The notes under the pieces: generated by a model
Told to the model about the DNA's origin: nothing
Database searches by the model: none
The model's input: the letters and a program-made list of their open reading frames with translations, nothing else
Part shown: positions 17,779 through 26,848 of the stretch, one piece after another
Position numbering within the stretch: the first letter of the stretch is position 1
How the letters are laid out: each line of letters opens with the position of its first letter
Program-made: the position numbers and the translations under genes
DNA from: a virus
Taxonomy: Duplodnaviria; Caudoviricetes
IMG/VR virus record: IMGVR_UViG_3300030376_008155
Coordinates: 1 to 29,977 of that record
Direction: 5' to 3' (one strand)
Length of the DNA: 29,977 nt

Positions 17779-19988
17779 CAGTAAATCCTCGCACAATCGA
17801 CAACTCTGATTAGAGTAGCATCAGAAGGTATAGCAGACTCAATTTCATAGTCTTCTCTCTTAGTAAATTTAGTTATAGGTCTTAGAATAGCACCATATCC
17901 ACTATTAGTAGGATCAGTGATAAACAACTCTGGTATATCTGTCAAACCAAGATCACAACTTCCTGTAACAGATACAATTCTACCATTTTCTACGGTACAA
18001 TTCAAGGGGCATCCAGTAGCTGTTTCAACAATAGTATCAGGAGAATATCCACTACCAGTAGATATTACTTGAGCACCATCTACTTGTCCTATAACATCAA
18101 CACCCTCATCATCTGAAGTTGCAGTTTCAGGTCCAAGATAACCACTACCAGGATTAGTAATGATAACATTAGTAATCTGTCCAAAAGTAGGTGACTCAGG
18201 ATCTGTATCTACAACTGCTTTACCAGTAGCACCTCCACCTTTACCACAATCATCATTTATAGAAACATAAGGAGAACTTCCAAACTGTGATCCAAATTGC
18301 TTCATATTTACACCAATAACTTTTCCTGTTTGATTGACGACTGCATTTGCAACAGCACCAAGACCACCACCACCAAATATCTCTATCCTAGGAGGTCCAC
18401 AACGCTTCTTGAATGGGTTACATGATCCTACAAGAGACTCCATATTACCTAATCCCATTTCACTTACTGCTCCCTTTATACCAGCTGCCTTACTTATAGC
18501 ACCTGTTACTCCTTCTATACCAGGGAACATACCATTTACAACATCCTTAATACCTGCACCACTAATTGTTTCAGTAGCTTTCTTCATAACATTGCTTATA
18601 TTCATAACAGTCTTAGGATCAGGTCCAAGGTTTGTAATGAAATCCATTGGTTCTGGATTACAGAAGTTACCCTCACATTCAAGTAATTGTAATCCAAGTT
18701 GAGGTAGTTTCATAGTATCACCTAACATATCCATAAAACTAGGAATCTGTATACCAGATAACTTAGAAATAGAAGAAATCATAGGAGATATTGCTCCTTG
18801 TATCTTATCAGTAATATCACCAAGTAATCCACCAAGAAAACCTTCTGCAGCACAAAGTGGCATATCTACCAATTTACCCATCAACTCCTTCAGAAAATCC
18901 TTTATAGTATTCTGAAGACCCCCTAAAATATTCTCAATACCACAAAAAATAGCATCTTGCTGTTTCAATACTTCCAATTCTTTAATAAGAAAATCTGGTT
19001 CTAAGAAACTAAGTTTTTCTTCAACACCTGTGTTTATTACCTTGAACATTTCTGTCCTAGTTTTTCTAAGAAGACCAGATATAGCACCATCTATCTCTTT
19101 TGATGCTTTATCAATCATCTTATCCACATTGACAAGAGTTCCTAGAACTGGATCAATATATCCATCCTTATACTGCTCAAGTTTATTGAACCCATCAATA
19201 AAAGTTTGAAGACCTGTGGTAATTTCTCCACCCATACCAGCAGGTTTAGTACACTCTGCGTCTGCCTGTTCAATTTTTATAGGTATATTAGTCTTTATTG
19301 TATTGATAGTGGATATTATTTCCTGTCTTGCATTTAAAATCTCACCAGTGGTACGAACAATACCTCCTCTAGGATCAGGTTTGTTTGGATTAGGTTCAAC
19401 TTCTTCCTTTTTATCTGAAAGATCCTTACTATTAGTCTCAGTTGCTGTAGTAGAAGTATTATTATTTTTATTAGTATTCTTCTTTTTCTTCTTTTTAGCA
19501 GGTGGTTGTGGTTCCTGAGTAGGTTTTAGGTTCTTTCCTTGTTGTAAAGCATCATCAAATGCAATAGGTTTGAAGTGGCTAGTACCTGCCACCATTGCAT
19601 CCTTCCATATCTGAGGATCTACAATAGCATCATTGGCATAAAATGCACCAATAACTACAGGTTGTTGAGCTTCTTCACCATCTAAAAAGAAACCAATAAC
19701 AGTTTCTCCACCCTGTAGAGCAAAACTTGTACCACAATAATTATTACCTGCACCAAATTGAGGAGATACTAAAAAATGAGCCCAAGGCAAATCTTCATCA
19801 TCTATACCACCCTCTTCTGCATTTTCGCCAGGATGATACCCTAAGATTCTTACTTTTGCCCTGAACCCATTAGTATATTTTTGGTCATTCTTATCACGCC
19901 ATGCAGGATCTGGGGTTACCTGTCCAATAAACCAGTGAAACCCATCTTTACCTAAAAATTCTATTGGTGCATTGCGTGTTTCAAGCAT
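17778..19988 (-). CDS. gp5: Baseplate hub subunit gp5 (N-terminal OB-fold; no recognisable lysozyme domain)
   Basis: FLGKDGFHWFIGQV...RAKVRILGYH...DEDLPWA...GETVIGFFLDGEEAQQPVVIG is the T4 gp5 N-terminal signature. Confidence 0.88.
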   Translation of the reverse strand: MLETRNAPIEFLGKDGFHWFIGQVTPDPAWRDKNDQKYTNGFRAKVRILGYHPGENAEEGGIDDEDLPWAHFLVSPQFGAGNNYCGTSFALQGGETVIGFFLDGEEAQQPVVIGAFYANDAIVDPQIWKDAMVAGTSHFKPIAFDDALQQGKNLKPTQEPQPPAKKKKKKNTNKNNNTSTTATETNSKDLSDKKEEVEPNPNKPDPRGGIVRTTGEILNARQEIISTINTIKTNIPIKIEQADAECTKPAGMGGEITTGLQTFIDGFNKLEQYKDGYIDPVLGTLVNVDKMIDKASKEIDGAISGLLRKTRTEMFKVINTGVEEKLSFLEPDFLIKELEVLKQQDAIFCGIENILGGLQNTIKDFLKELMGKLVDMPLCAAEGFLGGLLGDITDKIQGAISPMISSISKLSGIQIPSFMDMLGDTMKLPQLGLQLLECEGNFCNPEPMDFITNLGPDPKTVMNISNVMKKATETISGAGIKDVVNGMFPGIEGVTGAISKAAGIKGAVSEMGLGNMESLVGSCNPFKKRCGPPRIEIFGGGGLGAVANAVVNQTGKVIGVNMKQFGSQFGSSPYVSINDDCGKGGGATGKAVVDTDPESPTFGQITNVIITNPGSGYLGPETATSDDEGVDVIGQVDGAQVISTGSGYSPDTIVETATGCPLNCTVENGRIVSVTGSCDLGLTDIPELFITDPTNSGYGAILRPITKFTKREDYEIESAIPSDATLIRVVDCARIY

Positions 19989-20257
19989 TAGTCGTCATAC
20001 ACCCTACATTCCAGTGAATCTGGATGATTATCACAATACACTTCAAGATGCTTGTCTTCATGCCTTGTATGCCAATCATTTATCTTAGCACCACCTTCAT
20101 TCTCTTCATTCTCATCATGAGCATGAAAAGCATCGTTGTGCATCTCTAGATCTGCCTCACTATATTCAATCATACCATGATTTACATGTTCTTTATGATC
20201 CTTTGGATCAATATAAACTTCATGGTCTAGATCGTGTTGTGGAACTTTAGTAGTCAT
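19988..20257 (-). CDS. cp12: CP12 Calvin-cycle inhibitor (auxiliary metabolic gene), His-rich form
   Basis: C-terminal LEVYCDNHPDSLECRVYDD matches the CP12 C-x8-C-x2-YDD motif. Confidence 0.88.
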   Translation of the reverse strand: MTTKVPQHDLDHEVYIDPKDHKEHVNHGMIEYSEADLEMHNDAFHAHDENEENEGGAKINDWHTRHEDKHLEVYCDNHPDSLECRVYDD

Positions 20258-20260
20258 AGT

Positions 20261-21652
20261 TTACTTACTTTGGAATGAATCTCTTACGAGTGAAAGTCCA
20301 GTAAAATCGCCTTTAGGATTACCAAATTCATGTGATAATCTAGCAATCATATACTTACCTGATTCAGTGTTTCTACCACCATCTTTATCCTCAGTATTTA
20401 GTTCAGAAAACTTGATGTTCAATACATCACCTGCCCTTAGGGATAAATTCATTGGTATTGTAATATGAAGGATCTGCGAAAATAGTGATGAGTATCTAGC
20501 AGATGCTTGTGCTTGAAACAAAGCTGAATCTTGAGGTGTGGTAGCACCATCACCATCAACATCAGGAGTCATAGTACCTTGATCAATAGTAGATAGAATA
20601 ATCCTAGAATACTTATCAGTAAAACCCGATTCGAATCCAGGAATTCCTTCAGGATCATTGGCAGTCTTAGACTGTCCTTTTTCTACACTCTTCATATAAT
20701 TATACTCGGCAAACTTTGGTTGTCGGGATAATATATCGAAATACCAATTTGCAGTCCTATAAGCACCAGATCTAAGTTTCTTCAAAATATCATGACTTTC
20801 TTCCCATTGTGGATTAGAAGATACCTGAAAATTATTTTCAGCATTAGCACCTTCTTTATAAGGTGTCATCTCATAAGAAAACTCTGGTTCTTCAGAAAAT
20901 AAAGTATCTATACTAGAAAAATTATATCCATCAATAGTCTCCCAGAATAAAAATCCTGCAGATCCATCTTCAGGAGAAGAACTATCAGCACTTTCAGGAA
21001 TTGCCTTAGGACATAACTTACTGATTACTTTGAAGGGTCTTCTAAAATTACCAGTGAACTCACATTTATTCCAAGTTTTTTCTATATTAACAATCCTATC
21101 TGGTTCTATCTCCAATACTTCAGTCAAGACATTATTTACAGTAGTTGATATTTTGTCAATATATTTTTTCCAAACTCTTGTAGTATGATTTGATATAGCA
21201 CTTCTAGTTTCTAGGGTCAACGTATATACTTCTCTCTTATTATCAATCATGTGATCACTAATATTTGTAATAACAAGAGGTTCTTCTTTTATATCATAAG
21301 TAAAAGGTTCTTCACTACTAGGATGTGATATAGTTAAATTTACAGGACATCCACTCCTAATAGGAGCTTCATTCAACCAACCATAAGTATCTGAAATAAG
21401 CACTTCAACGTGAATTGCAGCATCAATAACATCTTCGTAATATTTTACAAACATTACTTGACCTAACATATTGATAAAATCACCACCCTCTTCAAGAGGA
21501 ATAATATCAAAACGTTCTATCTTATGACCACTAGTCCAAATCTTTCCTTCATCGTCAGTTCCACCCTGCTTTCCTTTACCAGATTCTCTACGTGCAGAAC
21601 CTCCTATTAATAATGTTGACCCTAATGCAAGGGCTCCTACTATACCTATCAT
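20261..21652 (-). CDS. Baseplate hub protein, gp27/late-control-D-like
   Basis: 463 aa; motifs YYEDV, SAGFLFWETIDGYNFSSIDTL, IPMNLSLRAGDVL and SGKYMIARLSHEF; lies between the tape-measure-like genes and gp5. Confidence 0.7.
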   Translation of the reverse strand: MIGIVGALALGSTLLIGGSARRESGKGKQGGTDDEGKIWTSGHKIERFDIIPLEEGGDFINMLGQVMFVKYYEDVIDAAIHVEVLISDTYGWLNEAPIRSGCPVNLTISHPSSEEPFTYDIKEEPLVITNISDHMIDNKREVYTLTLETRSAISNHTTRVWKKYIDKISTTVNNVLTEVLEIEPDRIVNIEKTWNKCEFTGNFRRPFKVISKLCPKAIPESADSSSPEDGSAGFLFWETIDGYNFSSIDTLFSEEPEFSYEMTPYKEGANAENNFQVSSNPQWEESHDILKKLRSGAYRTANWYFDILSRQPKFAEYNYMKSVEKGQSKTANDPEGIPGFESGFTDKYSRIILSTIDQGTMTPDVDGDGATTPQDSALFQAQASARYSSLFSQILHITIPMNLSLRAGDVLNIKFSELNTEDKDGGRNTESGKYMIARLSHEFGNPKGDFTGLSLVRDSFQSK

Positions 21653-21653
21653 C

Positions 21654-23327
21654 TTATACTGTTAGTAAGGATTGCATTTGAGCATATTTAGTTGCAGCAA
21701 TGAATGGATCAGCTGCTACTGTTCTTGATCCACCGCCTGAAGGTGCTGGTGCTCCACCACTAGGAGGTGACATTTGGTTACTATTATTATTTACTATAGT
21801 CATTGGAGTAACAGGATTCAAACCAGCATTAGAAACTATCATACCATCCTGATTGGGTATAAAGAGTTCCTCTCCTATCTCACCAACCTTATATGGTTTA
21901 CCTGCTTCAACTTGACCACCTGTCTCTTTTGGTCGTGCCAGTTTTTGTATTGTAGTCCAATCTATAGGTGGTCCCCCATCCAATGTTTTTGTTGGTCTTG
22001 GTATAGGAATATTCTTCGTCCTCTCCATGTATATATTCCTTACTTTCCCAATCTCCATCTTTTTTAAAGGAGAGTCTTTAGATAAACCAAATCCTTTCAT
22101 TTTAGTAGGATCTACCTTTACACTCCTAGGTATATTAGGACTAAATTTTTTTATTATTGTATTTGGTGGTTTTATTTGACCTGCTTTCATCTTTATTCCA
22201 CCCCTAAAAAGCAGTAACTTCATAGTTCTGAGTTTACCTGCCAGTATATTGAGTAGACCTGGAGTTGCACCTGCAGCAGCCATTTCACCTGCAGGAGTAG
22301 GTTCAGCAATAGCAAAAGCCCACATTGCTGCAATCGTTGATAATATTCCCAAGACGGTCATACCAATACTTAGAGCTTCTAATATTCTACTTCCTAAAGG
22401 ATTCTTTGGTTTAGGAATTGCAAAAGCACCGAATCGAATCTTATCATCCCTACTTCTTCCTACTGCTACATCAGGTGATGGTAATCCCCTTCTCTCCAAT
22501 TTATCCAATACAGAATCAAGTCTATCTAATGCTAATGAAAAAGGAGTTTTAGCACCTTCAATAGCTAATTGTTGAAGATCTTTTTTTCTTCTCCTATTTG
22601 CACCAGTAAGGAAATCAGCAATACCACTACCTGCGAAACCACCTATTATACTACCACCCACACCACCAATAAATCCACCAATAGCTGCACCTGGAGCAGC
22701 ACCTACTCCACCAAATAATGCACCAATTGATCCACCAATTACTATTCCTGCTTTTGTACCTGCAGCACCACCTGCTAATGCACCTGCTAATCCTCCACCT
22801 GCACCAACACCTGCCTCTAAATTAGTTTGACCATCTGCCTTACGACCCATAAAGTCCAGACCAGTAGTTAGAACTGCTAAAGGACCAATACCCCCTCTAA
22901 GACCTGGTACTCTAAAACCTCTAGTACCTTTAGCTCCTCTAAGAAGACCACTTGTAGGTCTTATATTATTAGAAGGTAATCTTGGTCCTTTAGGTTTAAA
23001 TGGGTTCCATCCTCCACCACGAGGTCCACCAAATCCACGAGTAACTAATCCACCAGCACCACCTAATCCTAATATTCCTAAACCTGCCTTTGCAGCTCTA
23101 CCACCAATAAAACCTGATGCTATTCCACCTAATCCTTTATCTGCACTATCTGCTTTCCTATCTAATGCTTTAAGAGTTTGAAATCTCCTTTCAACTAACT
23201 TCCTTCTAGCAACAAGAGATTGTTGTTCAAATCTCCTTTCTTGGCGATAACTAGCCCTCATAAGGCTAAGAGTACCACCAGACCTCTTGACTGCTTTATT
23301 CGATACTAATAGTAATTGTCTACTCAT
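21654..23327 (-). CDS. Tape-measure-like / ejected membrane-interacting virion protein
   Basis: Long glycine zipper and a hydrophobic helix. ETGGQVEAGKPYKVGEIGEELFIP matches the GGxV..YxVGExGxELFxP motif of tape measure proteins. ATGA overlap with the upstream gene. Confidence 0.65.
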   Translation of the reverse strand: MSRQLLLVSNKAVKRSGGTLSLMRASYRQERRFEQQSLVARRKLVERRFQTLKALDRKADSADKGLGGIASGFIGGRAAKAGLGILGLGGAGGLVTRGFGGPRGGGWNPFKPKGPRLPSNNIRPTSGLLRGAKGTRGFRVPGLRGGIGPLAVLTTGLDFMGRKADGQTNLEAGVGAGGGLAGALAGGAAGTKAGIVIGGSIGALFGGVGAAPGAAIGGFIGGVGGSIIGGFAGSGIADFLTGANRRRKKDLQQLAIEGAKTPFSLALDRLDSVLDKLERRGLPSPDVAVGRSRDDKIRFGAFAIPKPKNPLGSRILEALSIGMTVLGILSTIAAMWAFAIAEPTPAGEMAAAGATPGLLNILAGKLRTMKLLLFRGGIKMKAGQIKPPNTIIKKFSPNIPRSVKVDPTKMKGFGLSKDSPLKKMEIGKVRNIYMERTKNIPIPRPTKTLDGGPPIDWTTIQKLARPKETGGQVEAGKPYKVGEIGEELFIPNQDGMIVSNAGLNPVTPMTIVNNNSNQMSPPSGGAPAPSGGGSRTVAADPFIAATKYAQMQSLLTV

Positions 23328-25009
23328 AATGAAGCATAAGATTTAAGTGACAATGCCATATCAAACTTATCAATAGCTCCACCACCTCTAGTAAATTTAG
23401 TTCCTATCACTGGATCACCATCTGGTCCAATACCTTTTGATGGTGGAGGAGGAGATTGTGGAGCTTGTTGTCCACCACCACCTGCATTACTTTCAACAAC
23501 ATTTGGTGGAGGAGCATTACCACCAGTAGAAGATTTAGACTTACTTCTCGCAAAAGGATTTGGTGGAAGCATATCTCTCCAACTTCTTTTCTTATTGCGT
23601 TCTGGTTGTGGTGGTTGAATACTAGCATTACCAACTGCACCAAGTGCGTCTATTTTTTGTAAAGCTACTATTCCTGGATCTGGTGTAGGAATCTCATAGG
23701 ATGTTGATTTTGAACTTTCTGCTGGTGATTTCGCTGAAGATGATCCTGTTGTTGGTTCAATAGCAGGACTTTTCTTAGGAATGATCGGTTCTTGTGGTAT
23801 TGGTGGTGCTACTGTAAGTGCTTCTCTAGCAGCAGATTGTCTTCTCATATCTGCAACTTTCTCACCACCCTGATTATCAGGAGTGACTGAAGGAGTCATC
23901 AGACTAGGCATAATATTGCCTTGTTCTATCTCCTCTGCTAACTTAGAACCTACTATACTTTTGATTTCAGTATCTATTTTTTTCTTCCCTTTGTCCGTTT
24001 CTGGAAATAGATTTGTTAAAGGAACAGAAGTTTGTTTCGATCTTGAAATAGCATCTGTTTCTGAAGACTTTGTTTGTAACCTTTGTGCCTGATCTTTTTG
24101 AACATTAGCTGCTTGCACTATATTTCCACCCATCTTTGCACCTGAAACATTCGCTCCAGCAGGAGCAGTCGAAACAGGAGAACTCGTACCACCATTACTC
24201 GTTGGAGCTGAACCCATTTCTTGAGGTAAAGATGGAATTGCAGATTCTGATTGTTTCCGTTCTTGACTTCTTCCAAACCTACTTAAAATAGCATCAAATC
24301 TATCCAATTGCGATCTAAATCTAACAGCATCACCACGATTGACAACAGGTCCAACACCTGTCGTTTGAACATCTAATGCTTGCTCTCTTCTAGTATCTCC
24401 TTTAGCTTGACCAGCCATTAGTAAACTAGCGGCAAGAGCTGCAATAGTGAATATTTGTCCTTTACCTCCCATTCCTCTGGTTCTACCCATCATACTACCA
24501 GGAGAAACACGTCCTCCTCCTACTCTTCTTCCACCACCTGTAAGTCCTAAAATACCAGCAACACCAATTGCAATTTCAGGTATAAAAGAAGCAATACCAA
24601 CACCAGTATTCTCTAGAGCATTACCAATGTTACCACTTGCAAAGTCCTTAGCAGCTAAAGCTAAAGAAAGAACTCCTATATCCCTACGTAATTCAAATAA
24701 AGCACCTGTTCTAATAGACTCTAAATTATCTGAATCTTTCTTCAATAATTTCTTTTCTGCATCAAAATATCTACGTCTAGCCCTCATGTCACGTCTGATT
24801 TCAGACTGCATGATTTCCATATTATTATTCAGTCTTTCGAACTGAAGCATAATACGACCAAAAGTTCTAGCTTCTGCTCCTTTATTAACTATTGCAGTTG
24901 TATGATTCTCATTCTGCTGTCTTAGTAATCTTTCATAAGCCGTGTTCATCCTACGTTCCAATGGAATCATAGGTGTATCAGATTGTGTTTGACTACCAGG
25001 AGTTTGCAT
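23324..25009 (-). CDS. Tape-measure-like (gp29-position) virion protein
   Basis: 561 aa: coiled-coil N-terminus, two or three hydrophobic segments and a P/S/Q-rich C-terminus; immediately downstream of gp26/gp51. Confidence 0.55.
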   Translation of the reverse strand: MQTPGSQTQSDTPMIPLERRMNTAYERLLRQQNENHTTAIVNKGAEARTFGRIMLQFERLNNNMEIMQSEIRRDMRARRRYFDAEKKLLKKDSDNLESIRTGALFELRRDIGVLSLALAAKDFASGNIGNALENTGVGIASFIPEIAIGVAGILGLTGGGRRVGGGRVSPGSMMGRTRGMGGKGQIFTIAALAASLLMAGQAKGDTRREQALDVQTTGVGPVVNRGDAVRFRSQLDRFDAILSRFGRSQERKQSESAIPSLPQEMGSAPTSNGGTSSPVSTAPAGANVSGAKMGGNIVQAANVQKDQAQRLQTKSSETDAISRSKQTSVPLTNLFPETDKGKKKIDTEIKSIVGSKLAEEIEQGNIMPSLMTPSVTPDNQGGEKVADMRRQSAAREALTVAPPIPQEPIIPKKSPAIEPTTGSSSAKSPAESSKSTSYEIPTPDPGIVALQKIDALGAVGNASIQPPQPERNKKRSWRDMLPPNPFARSKSKSSTGGNAPPPNVVESNAGGGGQQAPQSPPPPSKGIGPDGDPVIGTKFTRGGGAIDKFDMALSLKSYASL

Positions 25010-25184
25010 TTTCTGCTTGCTGTGCTTCTAACTTTTGCTTCTCAAGATACTTAACTAAGAAATTTACATAAATTTCCTTTTCCCAAGGTATCATGTTTTC
25101 AATCTCAGTGAGACTCCATTTATGATATTGCATCAATGAGAAATTTGTTTCCATCATTGAATCAATAGTCACATGATACATCAT
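24993..25184 (-). CDS. gp51: Baseplate hub assembly catalyst gp51 (short cyanophage form)
   Basis: ETNFSLMQYHKWSLTEIENMIPWEKEIYV motif; follows gp26 with a TAATG overlap. Confidence 0.85.
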   Translation of the reverse strand: MMYHVTIDSMMETNFSLMQYHKWSLTEIENMIPWEKEIYVNFLVKYLEKQKLEAQQAENANSW

Positions 25185-25915
25185 TATGCGAAAAAATTTG
25201 CTAATCCCTCAATTACTACTTCGGATTCAACCTTTGTATTTGGATTAACAACTGTACCTTTATACTGTAACTTTGGCATAGTCTCAAAGAATTTTTCAAC
25301 TTCTTGGAATTGAGCAGAATTCAACTGTTCAATAAACTTGATCAATTCTTTCTTAGTTTGATCAGAAGCTGCCCAAGACTCTTCATTAGTGTATATTTGT
25401 TCAATAGAGTCAGCAACTGCATCAAATGCCTTTTCAATTCTTTCACCACCACTTTCAATATTAGCCATAGTAAAATTACTATCGATAAATTGTTGTAATG
25501 ATGGGTACTTCAACTTCATAAGAAGACCTTCGCCAAGATCAACTATTTCACTGTGACCATCAGGTATATGAAGTTTAATCTCATTGAGAGAAATACTTAA
25601 TGGTACTTTAGTCTCATTATCATCTTGACAAGTAACTGTCAAATCAACTGTTTCACCAATAGATTTTCCTCTAATATTCAAAAACAAATATTCTAAATCA
25701 AAACTTGGCAATTCATCAATTTTCACACCACGAGTAACAATACAAGCTTTTAAGACTTCTTTGATCGTAGTAGCAATATCTTTCTCATTACCATTCTCAA
25801 GAGCAATCAATAAAACCTTTTCCTCTTTTACAAGAAATGGTCTAAATTTTACTGGTTTGTTTGTAGAAAGTAATTTTATTTCAAAAATAGGTGCAGTGAC
25901 CTTTGGTAATGGCAT
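25184..25915 (-). CDS. gp26: Baseplate hub subunit/assembly protein gp26
   Basis: MPLPK...VKFRPFLVKEEKVLL...FDLEYLFLNIRGKSIGE...FFETMPKL...IEGLANFF. Confidence 0.92.
   Translation of the reverse strand: MPLPKVTAPIFEIKLLSTNKPVKFRPFLVKEEKVLLIALENGNEKDIATTIKEVLKACIVTRGVKIDELPSFDLEYLFLNIRGKSIGETVDLTVTCQDDNETKVPLSISLNEIKLHIPDGHSEIVDLGEGLLMKLKYPSLQQFIDSNFTMANIESGGERIEKAFDAVADSIEQIYTNEESWAASDQTKKELIKFIEQLNSAQFQEVEKFFETMPKLQYKGTVVNPNTKVESEVVIEGLANFFA
25190..25199 (-). promoter_or_regulatory. Candidate -1 ribosomal frameshift site A_AAT_TTT / T_TTT_TTC
   Basis: In-frame X_XXY_YYZ heptamers just before the gp26 stop; the -1 frame is the gp51 frame. Confidence 0.55.
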
Positions 25916-25936
25916 AGTAATTCACTTCAGTAGCTT

Positions 25937-25944
25937 TATTTAGC
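25937..25944 (-). promoter_or_regulatory. Late promoter variant GCTAAATA
   Basis: TAAATA core in the 32-nt gap, about 22 nt upstream of the gp26 ATG. Confidence 0.6.
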
Positions 25945-25947
25945 AGG

Positions 25948-26820
25948 TTATCCTGGTGGTAATGATCCTTTAAAGACAGGATCTTCTGCCCTTTCTTTCA
26001 GAGTTCTATTAATCCTATGTGGTGCATCTGCTGGACCATGCTTACCTCGTACGTTATTTCCTGTATCAGATTTATTAACCACTGATCCTCTTCTAGAAGA
26101 CCGATCTAGATAATAGTAATCATATTTGAATGTAACAGATGTCTTTATCAACTCTGCTGTACCATACGCTAATGGTGCAGCAACTAAATTGATAGGAAAT
26201 GCATTCTGTAAGTAGTATGTAATACTACTAGGTTCTTGTACGTTATAACCTTCACCAGATCTCAATGCATTAGTGGGAGAAGAAACAGCTTTACTAAAAG
26301 CAGTTACCTGCATATCAACTTTATATGAGCTAGGATACTGTAATCTTCTATAAGAAGCATTCTCATTCATTCTCTCTTCAGTAGAACGTCCATGACCTGC
26401 TCTCACTTTAGTAGGAGATATAAACTCCATCCAATTATTGAATACTTCGTTAGTATAATAATCTGTCTGCGAATACCATGTTAAAACAACTTCAGGATAA
26501 GTCCTATAAGTAGCATAAGTTTGTTTTACACCCTGCCTCAAACCTTCAACTTCTTGAAATTCTAAATTAGATCCAGGTAGAACTGCTTCTGAACAAAATA
26601 ATGCTAGATAATCACCAGGATTACTAATTTTACTACTACTTTCATAAAATCCACCTTGAGCTAGATAATCCTTCAACTTCTCAGTTTTTAGAAAATTTAT
26701 CCATACATCATAATTATTATTGAAAGCTGGAGTAACATTACCAAAGTTGGTTGAAGTCTCATACAACTCAGCAGTTGGTAGATAATATCTCTTAGTTTCT
26801 ATAGCGTTTGGGTTTGCCAT
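25948..26820 (-). CDS. Tail-tube-fold protein (gp54/gp19-like tube initiator)
   Basis: LFCSEAVLPGS...YATYRTYPEVVLTWY...FNNWMEFI...YYLQNAFPINL...KTSVTFKY; divergent from gp4, as expected in cyanomyoviruses. Confidence 0.75.
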   Translation of the reverse strand: MANPNAIETKRYYLPTAELYETSTNFGNVTPAFNNNYDVWINFLKTEKLKDYLAQGGFYESSSKISNPGDYLALFCSEAVLPGSNLEFQEVEGLRQGVKQTYATYRTYPEVVLTWYSQTDYYTNEVFNNWMEFISPTKVRAGHGRSTEERMNENASYRRLQYPSSYKVDMQVTAFSKAVSSPTNALRSGEGYNVQEPSSITYYLQNAFPINLVAAPLAYGTAELIKTSVTFKYDYYYLDRSSRRGSVVNKSDTGNNVRGKHGPADAPHRINRTLKERAEDPVFKGSLPPG

Positions 26821-26827
26821 CTAAATA
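26820..26827 (+). promoter_or_regulatory. Late promoter variant TCTAAATA for the gp4 operon
   Basis: TAAATA core about 27 nt upstream of the ATG at 26854. Confidence 0.6.
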
Positions 26828-26848
26828 TAAGATGCTTAGCTTATATAC

